From Marsupella aquatica (lineage: Eukaryota > Plantae > Marchantiophyta), in assembly GCA_973895155.1 (NCBI GenBank), contig OZ316891.1:26653972-26717971 (forward strand): DNA of 64,000 nt, given 5' to 3'. The position numbers and the translations under genes were made by a program. Shown here one piece after another: positions 50,399 to 61,826 of the stretch (position 1 is its first letter; every line of letters begins with the position of its first letter). The notes beneath the pieces were generated by a model, which worked only from the letters and a program-made list of their open reading frames with translations, was not told the DNA's origin and made no database searches.

Positions 50399-52251
50399 AT
50401 GCTAGATCAACCGGAGTTTAGTGTGGCACGCATTCGGAGATACAAGGCTGCTTACCGTGACTACGTGGAGACTTTGATTGCAAGGGAGAGAGAAGAGAGA
50501 GAAGCTACGATGAGCACGGGATTGGCAGCAGGTTCCACACCGGTGGGTAGGAGGATTTTTCGTCGAATTTATCCCAAGACCTCCGCCAAGGTGATGGAGG
50601 ATTGTCGGAATATTTTCCAAGCCACCGGGGTTACAGAATTCATGAAGGTGGAGATTACCATCCCTCCGGAGAAGAGCTGGGACATTGAGGCCGGGATGGA
50701 GTTACGAACGGAGGGAATCTACTTTGAATGTCTCAAACGTGTAGTGCCCCATGTGGAGTTGGCTAGGCTGCTGTTTTTGGAGAATTAGAAATTCTATTCA
50801 CACCTCGGCACATTAGGGGAGAACTCACGTTGAAGATGGTGGCCACTTGGGTGATTAATCCCACCTCCACCACTGCCATCCCTCTTTCCGCTGTCAAGGA
50901 TGTTGAGTATAAGGGATTCATGGCCAAGGTTCATCAACGGGTCCTTGGCAACGTGCAATCCGGGGTGGTGAATGAAGAGCATTTCGTGGTAGCTATGGAC
51001 ATCAAAAACCACCCAGCCCATGTGTACGGATGGTGGTACTACGGGTTGAAGAAGCTGTTGGCCGCTGATCCCGGGAGTGTGAAACCAGGTGGGGCTGTAC
51101 ATTTGATGGGATCATTTGTATTGGCCAGGGCAGAAGGGTTGATTGGTTCCCCGGGACAGGAAGACACGGGATCATCTCTCACCACGGAGATCCGGAGTAT
51201 TGCCACTACCGTTTTAGGGAAGCTCACGGAGGAATCATCGTCGGCTGGTGGGGATGACGATAGAGGAGAAGAAAACCAGGATGAGGACTACACGTTGGAG
51301 TGGCTTGAATCACTCGTGGGAGATCCGAAAAAGCCCCTGGTCTACAACATTCCGGATGTTTACCTGGCAGAGCTACGGGATTTTAGAGAGGGAGTCCATG
51401 AGGGACTCAAGCTAGTCCACGCATTGAGAGATTCTCTCAAGCACGCCACAGCCAGAGTAGAGACGTTAGAGCAGAGTACCCTGTCTCTGAAGGAGGTGAT
51501 CAAGGCCAAGGAGGGGACCATTCATGAGAAGGATAAGCTTCTCCAAGCAGCTCACGTAGAGATCTCCAACTTGAAGGGAGCCTTGTCCACCAAGGCCAAG
51601 GAAGCAGAAGAGGTGGGAGCGTTGAGACAAGCATTGGCCAAAGAGAAGCAGAATTCTGGAGAAGTGGTGGAGTGGAGAAACCAGGTGGGAGCACTACGGA
51701 GTCAGGTGGCCGCCTTTGAGACACGAGCAAAGAGGAGTGAGGCCTTGAGTCTGGGGAAACGTAAGAGCCCCAGCACACCTAGCTCCACACTTTCCCCGGA
51801 TTTGATCTCCCAGGCTATTGAGATGGTGGTGAAGGAGGTTAGTGGGAAGTATGGGCCCTTGTTGGATGGAGCCAAGAAGAGTCAGGAGAAGAGCAAGGGC
51901 TTGGAGAAGAAGCTCCGGGAGGTACGGAAATTGTTACGGGAGGCTCAGGTCAGTACGGGGATGCCACCCAGGTCTGTCACCCCCGGGACTCCCATGGCCA
52001 CAGGGCAAGTTCTACCGTTGGAGTTGCGGTCCGGAGAAGAGGCTACCCTATGGAAGGACACCATTGGTGAGGGGTACATCAAGGCGTGGCAGGCCTTGGC
52101 CACTTTGAGGAAGCAAGGGAGCGGCAGCACGAAGAGTACCCCGGTAAAGAAGAAGAAAAGTGAGGTGGCACTCACTCCCGTGAGTGATGAAGAGGAGGCC
52201 CACTCACGGGGCACAAGCCAGGGCACCGAGAGTGAAGAAGAGGAGGAGTAG
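50399..52251 (+). CDS. LTR-embedded protein of unknown function (about 615 aa; one frameshift near 50775): globular N-terminal half, acidic linker, long coiled coil, NLS-like KKKK and acidic tail
   Basis: ORFs 50399-50788 and 50830-52251 join through a 1-nt indel in a T-run (ELARLLF/GELEILFTPRHIRGELTLKMV). Confidence 0.65.
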
Positions 52252-55200
52252 ATAGTCGTACGGATGTGGTTGTACGGCCTCTGGATTTCCAACTTTTTTG
52301 TGAGGGGTCACTCACGGGCTTGTTGGAAAGAGCTCGCGGAGCTGATTCCCACAAGGGGCGGCGCTCTTCAAACGGAGCCAGGATGAGCAAGTTATGGCCC
52401 AGCGAAATTGTGTTTTCGCGATACGGAAACGACCATAACTCAGGCGCCCGATGTCCGTTGCGAGTGCGGCTGAGTGATTCGGGATCAGGAGGAGAAGGGC
52501 TATCCAAGGGTGAGCTCAAAAGTACAATTGATAGGGCACCTAGTTTCGGCCATTGTGGGGTGCCTTGCACTTTCGGGGTTCACGGAGTATAGTTGGGGCG
52601 CCGTCGAAGGCACCGTTGGCCCCTTGTTTAGGGTTTAGGGTTTTAGCAGCATGTGTGTGCCGCATGCCTTTTTAGTTTAGGGATTTCTTAGTGCAGGGTT
52701 TTAGCGGCGCCGCTAGGGTAGCCGCCATCGTTGTGACCCCACGAGGGGTGCTTTGGTGTGGTTTTTCGGTATTTAGGGGGGGAGCCCCGAAGTTGTTTGG
52801 GGGGGAACTCAGCGTAGTACTTGGATGCTTTGGAGTAGCTTTTGTGAGTAGCGCACCGATTAGGAGAAGTTCAAGCCAGAGTAGTGAGGTGGAGAACGTA
52901 GCACTTGTCCCCGGGAGGCAGGAGTTGGGCAGACGGCAGGAGGCCGGGTTGCCCTTGCATGTGTTACGGGAAACACCAAGAGATATGGATTTGGCTTGAG
53001 GTTCCAATATTTTGTGTGTCACTTGTTATTGCTTGTGTTGTTTGTTTTCCTCCCCTAGTGCGTGTGGTCGGTGTCGTTGTGGAAACATTTGCCCTTGTCA
53101 CTAGTGTTCAAATCTTATTGTAAATGTTGGTATGCTTGCCCAAGAGAGGAGGGGGGTGGTGACAGCACTCACCCGGTGGGCATGAGTTGTAGATGGTAGG
53201 ACCAGTCCCTTGGACTTGATCAAAAACGGAGAGACCAGTCGGTAGACTTGATCAAAAAGTACACTTCCGGGAGCGGAATCAAACATACTCATCCTTAGGT
53301 GTGGAAATCCTCAAAATAGCGTCCCTCCACGACCCCGTAATATGATACCAACGGTTTAAGCAAGGAAAAGTACGGTTTGCACGTATTAATCGTTGGATAG
53401 GCAAGTGACAATGTTGCCCACTTTTGCGATGATTGCAGACTTCCCTTCCCGCGCGTAATGTGATGGTAGGGCGAAGAGGGTTGTGCTGGTAGGGCGAAGA
53501 AGGTTGTGGCTGCGAAAGGGCAATGTGTAGCACAACGGCAACATTGTCAAGGGCAATCCTGAGTGCTTACGTTTTCAGTGAGTTGCAGTCCGGGAGGAGC
53601 TGTGATCTGGGGACTGAGGCGCTGAGGGTTTAGCTGAGGGGAGGAGTTGTGCGCCATTGCGGTTGCGGACCAAAGCTTGTGTGGTCGGACAGTGGTGGGA
53701 GTTTGGTGGGAGGAGAGCTAAGGTTCCAAGTTTGACTAATCCACAAGTGACCAACCTGCTGCTGCGGAAGGTGGACTTGCATGCTCCTGCGGAAGGTGGA
53801 CTACGGAAGGAAATCGCTGAGGAAGGCGATCCATGCGGAAGGCGATTGCTGCGGAAGGTGGACTGTAGTGGCTCCTTAAGCTCGCGGAGGCATTGCAAAG
53901 ACAGTCTACTCACAGTGGAGTTGTGCTCGTTGCTCATGGATTGGAAGCCGATTGGGCTGCTCCATCTTCAAGCTGTACGCGCAACTTTCAGGTGACCTTC
54001 TTGAGCGCTGATTCATACACTCCATTGTTTGAGCTAGACTTTCCACTACCATTTCTTCTTCATAGCTACGATGACCACTGCATTGCCTTACTCTGTTCAT
54101 TGTAGTAGCACAACATTGCATGTCCATCACGGGTTTTTCTTTAAGGAATCGCGGAATGGCTGGATCTAAAGCTTTTAGTCTTGACTCAGAACGAGGTTAA
54201 ACCACCTTTGCAACTCGTCGCTGGCCCTTAGACGCAGAATGCTCCGCTGTGATATTGCCTCCAACTTTTCTAGTGCCGTCTAGGCAATTAGACTGCTTTT
54301 GAGAAAACTGCCTTTCTTAAAAGTGAGCAATACTAATAAACCCCAGTAGGCGCGGAGCTGGGCGGAGCTGCGGGTACTGAGGGAGTTGGGTGTGAGGGTT
54401 GGTTATGATGGCCGTGGACCTACCGTGGGCTATGGTGGAACACTCTATTGTCTATGATGATTCTGAATCTGCTTGAACCGCGAGTGGATGTGCTTTAAGG
54501 CAAACTCGTCAGAGAAATTAGAATGGGGGGACGGAGCTATGAGTGCTTAGGTTGTGGCATTTTTGAGATTGTCAAGAGTAATCTGTGATCTCATTTCTAA
54601 ATGGTTTGAGTTTTTTCTGATGTGCACAGGAATCGGGCTGAGGAAAGCTTTTCGGAAGAAGATTTTTGCCAGGTCTACGCCTGTAATCCTTTGTCTATTG
54701 GTTGCTGTCATCTACATTTTTTTAGGGACCGTCCACAGTTGCGGTGGGAGTGGATAGTGCTGGTCACTTGTTCAGTAGGTGCAAGGTGAGAGGGTGGAGA
54801 AGACCTGCGCTGCTCAGAATAGAAGTGGCGAGGTTGAGGGGAGCACCCGGGGGAGCAACTGCAAGCTTACCAACTTCAGAGTGGGGATTTTCTCGGGGAT
54901 TTCTGCTAAACTGCTCTGGCTTTCTTCTCGGAGGTAAGCTACTCCGGACTGTCACTTAGCGAGTTGGTCGAGCTACTGGAAGTACTACCACTTTTACTAT
55001 AACGCCAACCTCAGTGCTTTTTATAGAATGCTTTGTTGTTCTTCTACTCGGCATGGCATCATCCTGATTGCCCGTCGCGCTGTGACCAGCAATGGAAAGC
55101 GTAGACTATCTCCCTTTGCTAGTCAAAAAGCTGCGAGGTCTGATTTATGTCTTGCTGGAGTTTTGTTCCTCTATGTGCTTTGTTGTGTTAGCTTTGTTTG

Positions 55201-58200
55201 TTGTGATCTGTCTTACCCTACTGGTTTTACACTCTGCGATCCGACTTCATTCCCTACAAATAAATGGACATGACACTATCTTTGTTGGAGTTTTGGTGGT
55301 CTAGCTCTGTGCTTTGTTTGCTGTGATCGGTCTTACCCTGTTGAGTACTAGTTTTGCACCCTGTGATCCAACTTCATTGCCCCGGTGATTTTCTCTATCT
55401 CTATCCTCTACATTCAGCTTGCGGGTGGGTTTGTTATGATTTGATTGGGTGACTGATTGTTTTGGAGTTGTAGCCGTGGTCAAACGCACGTCTATTAAAA
55501 ACAAGTTCATGTAGCTCAGGTTGCTGTTGTATATAAAGTGCAGCAGGATCTAGAACTGCTTGTAGTCCCAGCAAATCATACATGCTACAATCACAGGATA
55601 TGACTTCAATAAGTCTTCACAGTTTCTCATTTTTGTAGAATTTGAGATGTTGCTGGCCCAGGAGATGAGTTTCCCTTAAGAGTCAGGGACATCAGCAGTG
55701 TGGGCCATGTAATACAGTTAAGAATGATGGCAAGTATAATTTTTTAATGGGTCCAATGCCATGTTTGTGAGCTATTGAGTTGGATATAGGAGAAAATTAC
55801 CAAAACATTGTCGCAACTGCTTCCAGAACAATCATTCGTGGTTAGACTAAGCTCGGCTGAACACCCCTTGCTTGCATGGGACGGACACAATGCGGAATAG
55901 GCTGTCATGGAGTTGTCGAATGGATCTTCAATTTTCATGAGAAATGTTCTGGGTTTCCGTCCTATGTGTAGATTTCAGAATTAGAACGAAACTACTATTA
56001 AGAATACTGTACTTAGCAATTCTTCTTTTCCTGTGAAGACATTGCCGCAAATGTTTCCTTGAGTTCCTATCATACCAGTGTTTCCCATGCCATTTTCAGC
56101 AACTACTGACGGAGTTGGCACCGTAAGTTTAAATGTATAGCTCTCATTACTTCAATCCAAAATTCTATGTAAACAGACATGAAGTAGCCTTTGTGCTTAA
56201 TTGCTATGTAGCATCTGACTGCTTAAATTGCACTGCTTAAATACGTCAGACGGGGATTTTATGGATTGCGGAACAACTGTCCAAGTATGCTGTAGTGGTC
56301 ATCTTGCGCAGCTCAATGAGTCAATTTCATTTTCCCTGTGCACTTCTATTTCTCAGAGAATTCCCTGGTCATGCTCATTTCCCCCAGAGTTAGGAAACAA
56401 AGAAGAAGAGCTAACTAATTGTAATTCCAATCCATATCCTGATCGGTCAAGGATTGTGAACTACATTGGCCTTGTCATCGGCCGAGGTCACCAAATTTTG
56501 CTTGGTTTCATTCCTATGGAGCACTGCTGTGATGGATGAATAGTGTTGTCTTGCCTTGAAGTGGGACATTGGATGAATCCCTCATGCCTTGTCTGTTTTC
56601 AAAAGCTCACAATGTTTACCTTCAGCTATGGGCGGTTGACATCTTTTAGCATTCTTTGTGGTGGTGCCTTTGTTGCAGAGCTGCTGCTCCAACTGCCCCT
56701 TTTTCCTGGTAAACTGTGCAACCTTGATTCCAGTATAGATTGAAGTATTCTTGTCTTAATTGTGTCTATGTACATAGTGTCCTTCATTGCAACTGTCGCT
56801 TTGACCTGCTGAGTTTCAGCAAAGTGAATAAGGCATTCTGCCATCATTCCAATCAACTTAAACAAAAATTGAGCTTCAATATGAACTGAGAGCATTTATC
56901 CCCTCCCTAGACTGAGAGGTAGTTCACTGGATGTGTTGATGTGCAGTTAAACCTCCACTATTGCTTACTTCCGTTTTATGCTGCTCAGAAGAAGACATCT
57001 TAGTAGCAGAAAATTGCAAATACTGGCCATAAGCAAACCATGATCATTTGCAGAATGCTACGACAAGTAGGATTATGAAATTCAATTGTGAGCAAAGGGA
57101 AAATGTAGTCTTACTAATACTTCACCTTCTGACTGAATTCTAGAGGATAGTTGAATTGCCAATTATAGCAGGATGAGAATGAGTGTGAAAAAAATGCCAA
57201 CACCATAGGCAAACAATGCAAAAGTAACAGGGTTGGGCAACGTACTCCGCCTACCACCCTACACTTAGGCCACCAACCAGCACTTGGTGTAGCGGCCTGA
57301 ACTTTCACGGTTAAACCTACACTTGGACAATTAAACAAACTTTCACTCTTTCTGGATATTGTAGTTTGTAAGCAAGTTGATTAGGACTGTTTCATGCTAT
57401 GTTTATACTGTGACCTCTAATTGGAACCAGGGGAATGACACAGTGAGTGGGAACTGATAATTTAAGGTTGGTTGCTGTTGGTGAGGCAAGTATAGCTCCT
57501 GCTCACCTTGCTGATCGAAGGTGCTTATCAGAGGACGTGAAAAGAGGACATCTCCACAAAAGCAGCACTTATGGTGAGGACCCGCAACGCTAAACATGTG
57601 CGGCTTGCACGCAAGGCAGAGATGTTGTGCCTTGAGTATGTCAGACTGGGGATCCTTCCAGCCTAGTCTGCATGGTACTTTGAGTACCCTGTTCTTGCCA
57701 GGAACAACTACAGCCGGCCTCTACCTGCTTCAGTACCCTTCCCAACATCCTTGGTATTTGTGTCTCTTGTACATGACCCACCACAAATTAGGTGCCAAGG
57801 GTGTGTGCACAGTTGCCAATATGACTGTCCTGCCTGTCTAGGGCTTCTGGCCAAGAGTTGGATGAGCATTCTCTTGGATGTCGGTTTTTGCACAGAGCAC
57901 AATGTATCATCTGGAACCACTCGCCATCCTGCAGTGTGCCTGGCGATGTCACTTGTCCTGCCCTCCCAGACCCCAACACCGGTGCCTTTGGTGTCTACAC
58001 ATGTTTGGATCACACGCTCTAGAGGACCACTTGTCTCACCGCATGCACAGACCAGAGACCATTGACCTATAACTTAACACTCTGACTTGAACAGAGAGGA
58101 TATTTACTTAAAATTTTGAATTATGAGCAATTTTGGGTCCAGGGTTTAGGGTCAACAGTACATAACTTATCCTATTATGGCTGCACTAAGTACAATATCC

Positions 58201-58689
58201 TAATTTAAGAGGCTAGCAAGCTCACTTAAAAGTCTCCTTTCAAAGACTGGAATTAATGGGCCATGTGATAACCTGGAAAAAGTTATTTATGCCTAACTTA
58301 TTTGTCTGATTCACTATCATATCCTATTTAGGATGTATAAATTACAACCCTGATCACACTGCTTGATACCAATCCTGTTCGAAAAATGCCTGTTTTACAT
58401 GTCAAGACTATTGTATGTGATTCAAATGCATTAAATCTTGTTGCAGATCTCCTTTGGTGAATCATAGCCACAAAATTGAGGTGTAGGTGGAGCTATTGTA
58501 CTAGGGGATCAGTTTTGAGAGTGGGCTCAACAAACCAAAAAGTATATATACTCTGCATCTGTGTGTGATCATTTCATTGCAGTAGCAATTGCCACTCTAG
58601 TCTATATGCTACATTGTACTTTTTGTACACTGCTAAATTGTATTGTCTGTGCACTTTGCTAAATTGTACAATCTGTCTCATGGGTAGGC

Positions 58690-59373
58690 ATGGCACGCCC
58701 TAAAATCCGAGCCAAGAAGCGGGGGATAGAGGTGAGCAGCAACACAGGTGTAGTTGGGCCTGATGGTAGTAACTTCTCCGCACGTCAGATTTTCCAGAAG
58801 GCAGCTCATTGTTGTGCCATTTGTGATGATGGTGGGGGCTTAGCCATATGTGAGGGCCCTTGCATGAGGCATTTCCACCTCAACCCGGAGTCTGACCTTG
58901 CTGCAGAAAATAACTGTCTAGGGGTGGGCCTCCCGTCAGCACACCAGGGAGGCTGGATGTGCACTGATTGTTTGGAGAAGCAGGCTAAGTGTGCACAGTG
59001 TGGGAAGTTGGGGTCTTATGAGGGCTCTGTTGATGCTCCACCACTTGTTAGGAAATGCCCTGACAGATATTGTGTGAGGTTCTTTTGTTTTTCATGTTTG
59101 CCCGATCTTGCCACAACTTGCCCACTTCATAAGTGCAAGGCATGTGGTTAGCACGATGAAGATTTCTGGGTGGACATAGTCCACTGTGTTAGGTGTCCCA
59201 CCATGTGGCACTTTCATTGTTTGAAGGATCGTCAAGCAGAAGGCTATGCTTGTGACAGACACATCTATCATCACTCTGCACATGGTGTTGATCGATGGAT
59301 CTTCTATTGTCATCGCCATGCCATAGATCCTACTTTGCACACTCCTATGAGAGATCACATTTCTTGGCTTTGA
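58690..59373 (+). pseudogene. EDM2-like: EDM2-type tandem PHD-finger module with an N-terminal basic NLS; one in-frame TAG at 59149-59151
   Basis: CAICDDGG..CEGPCMRHFH, C..CGKLGS, CPLHKCKAC, CVRCP..WHFHCL and YCHRHAIDPTLHTPMRDH are colinear with the EDM2 PHD region as I recall it (CAICDNGG..CEGSCLRSFH..CPLHKC..CRRCP..YC..HEID..L.TP.RDH); both ORF halves are in the same frame. Confidence 0.85.
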
Positions 59374-60059
59374 ACCTGAATAATGTACTTGCATAGTGCA
59401 CCTGATGTGGATACCTTGGAGATTGCAGACATTCCAATTTTGAGAAGAAGGACCTCTGTAGGAGAGGATGCTTAGGCAACAAGTACCCTAAGTTCATTAC
59501 TTGTTCATGGGTACATGCCTTCAAAAACTCCCCTTAAGCCTTCTAGGAACTTTTTTAACTCTGCAATCATTTTGATCACGACTTACATGACACTGCTTAA
59601 ATTAAATCAAGACTTCTGATTATGAGCATATAAGTTACAAGGCTATTTAAATTGCGAGAATTCCCTTTGTGTACCAACATTTTGTATTCTCATTCAATGT
59701 CTGCCCATTTACAACATCTGTATGTGGCATCACAAAACAATTGCACTTGTCACCTTCAATATTGTGAAGGCACATATTCAAACTATGAGGTGCATCCTTG
59801 CAGGTGTCTAGTACGTTTGTCCCAATATTTCTCCCGTTTGGAATCGGAGCAGAGACTCACCAGACGACTGGACTGGACCAAGTTATAAACGCAACATTTT
59901 AGGGGCCCTCCGATTATCAGGTGAACGCATTCTCTTCCGGTCTGCAGTGATTAGGTGGGGTGTGTGTACATGGCCTCTAGGAAACGTACAAAGGTTGACC
60001 ACCCGCATCTGTTGGTTGGAATCAAAGCCATTTTGATTCCTGGCCACTATGGGTTCACC

Positions 60060-60800
60060 CAAGTGAGTTGGCCAATCGTACAAAAATGATTCTCAGAGTT
60101 CCATGGGACTGAAGTCAAGGACATCACTCCACAGACTACACATGTTGTTGCGGGGACATGGCTGGATGTGATGAACAAGTGGTCATGGTCCTTCATTGAT
60201 TCTGCCATTACCAACCAAGGTCTAAAAGTAGTTGAAGTCTCTTGGCTGACCGATTCTGTTAAACATAGGTGTGTACAGAGTACTGAGCAATATGAGTTGT
60301 GGGAGAGTGAGGAGGCCACTGCAGAGGCTTTGGCTGAAAAGGAAGCCTATGAAGCAGCGACAGAGAAACCCAACTTTGCTTCTGTCCAATATGGACCTGT
60401 TGTCAACATAGGACACCATCCTATGCGTGCAGATGCTATATTGAATGAGCATGGCAAGGAGAGAAATACCATTATGAAGGGGTTCAGTGTGGTATTTACA
60501 GAAGAGGGAATTGGGGAGACTAAGTGCAGACTGTACAAGTCCATAGTTGTTGAGCTAGGTGGGATAGTGGAGGAGAGTCTAACAGAACCTCCACTCATGT
60601 TGTAGGTCTGTCATACATGAAAATATGCAAAAAATTCTTTAAGACAACAGTGTGTCATTTTGTCATGAACAACAATCTTTGGGTGCTTCTGGAATCAGCA
60701 GCGAGAGGGAAACAACAAAATGCTTGGGACTTTGATTATTTTGAGGCCTGGCCCTCCAAGCTTCAGCGAAGATGTATGCTTACCAATGGTGGGAGAAAGT
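60060..60800 (+). pseudogene. Tandem BRCT domains, frameshifted
   Basis: HGTEVKDITPQTTHVV...LKVVEVSWLTDS; second repeat MKGFSVVFT..IVVELGGIV..(S)THVV. Confidence 0.7.
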
Positions 60801-61209
60801 GAGGAGTAGGAGTCCCTCATATTTTTGTATAAATCACAATTTTTTAATAAATGTGATCCTTGAACTAACTCATCTTGTCATGGTTGGTCGCAGTTGAAGT
60901 GATTGTTGTTTCCAGCTGCGTGGGGTGTGACTGTGAATCTACTTGTTGGGCTCTGTTTGGCTGAAGACTTTGGTGGGTATGCTGCCTCTTCCAGACCGAC
61001 AGGCCCTATGTAGGGTCCTCCTACGGGTTGCATCGTGCATGGCTATTGCTTGGGCTTACTTGTGTGGATTGGTAACCAAACAGAGTGTAGCTCCATCCGA
61101 GATAATGCCTGCAGACCTTGGATGTGTTGTGAATGCTGTGGTGAATGAGGATGCACAGTCCGAAGAGGACATTTACCTTTCAGCAGATGAGTTAGACAAG
61201 CATGATGCT

Positions 61210-61385
61210 GTAGGTGGTTCCTTGTTGCCTGATTTGGCAGATGATATAGTTCTTACACATGTCTGGCCGAGGGTTCTTGTGGTGTCTGGCGCACAAGATA
61301 TCTGCAAATATAGACTAATTAGTACCAGTGGAGGGACTTGGTAGCAACATGTGCACCATGGAGGGCACTGTTGCCACTGCTTGTA
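61210..61385 (+). pseudogene. F-box motif remnant
   Basis: LLPDLADDIVLTHVWPRV...RLIS/QWRDLV, with a frameshift near 61325. Confidence 0.6.
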
Positions 61386-61826
61386 GGCACGGATCGAAGA
61401 CCACCATGGCATGAGCAGGGTTTAGACCTTGATGACTTAATGTACATGCCTGAGTACCTCAGGGATGAGTGGCATCGACAACAGGATTGGTATCCATATT
61501 TGATGTGGTAGTAAGATGAGGACATCGCACACCGGTCTCGCACCTGGCACCTGTGTCTATGACTATACATGATTGGACTCTGATATGGTCATGGATGTAC
61601 GTGCAAAGGCAGTATATGTGAGGACAGCGGAGGAGTTGACACCCTCAAACATTTAGGAATTTTGTCTCATTCACTTGAGAATAGGTACATGACTCAGGCA
61701 CCTATATTTTTGGTTTTTTTTGTTTTTTTGGAACGTTACGTATTTTGGCAAGTACAGTCGGGGGTGAAATCCTTAACAGGGAGTGTATTTTTCACTTGCA
61801 TAATAAAATGACAGGGTGCTGAGTGC

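Larger units (their letters stand above)
49646..53410 (+). mobile_element. 3765-bp solo LTR related to the gypsy LTR at 44894, containing a long ORF
   Basis: Starts TGTGATAGGG like 44894 and ends GTGACA; 5-bp TSD ATGTT (49641-49645 and 53411-53415). Confidence 0.78.

Noticed and set aside
53341-53350. tgatacca, a PBS-like motif on the minus strand
   Set aside because: Only 8 nt match and no adjacent LTR end
59149-59151. Programmed readthrough or U-to-C RNA editing rescuing in-frame stops
   Set aside because: U-to-C editing is organellar; neighbouring frameshifts show ordinary decay
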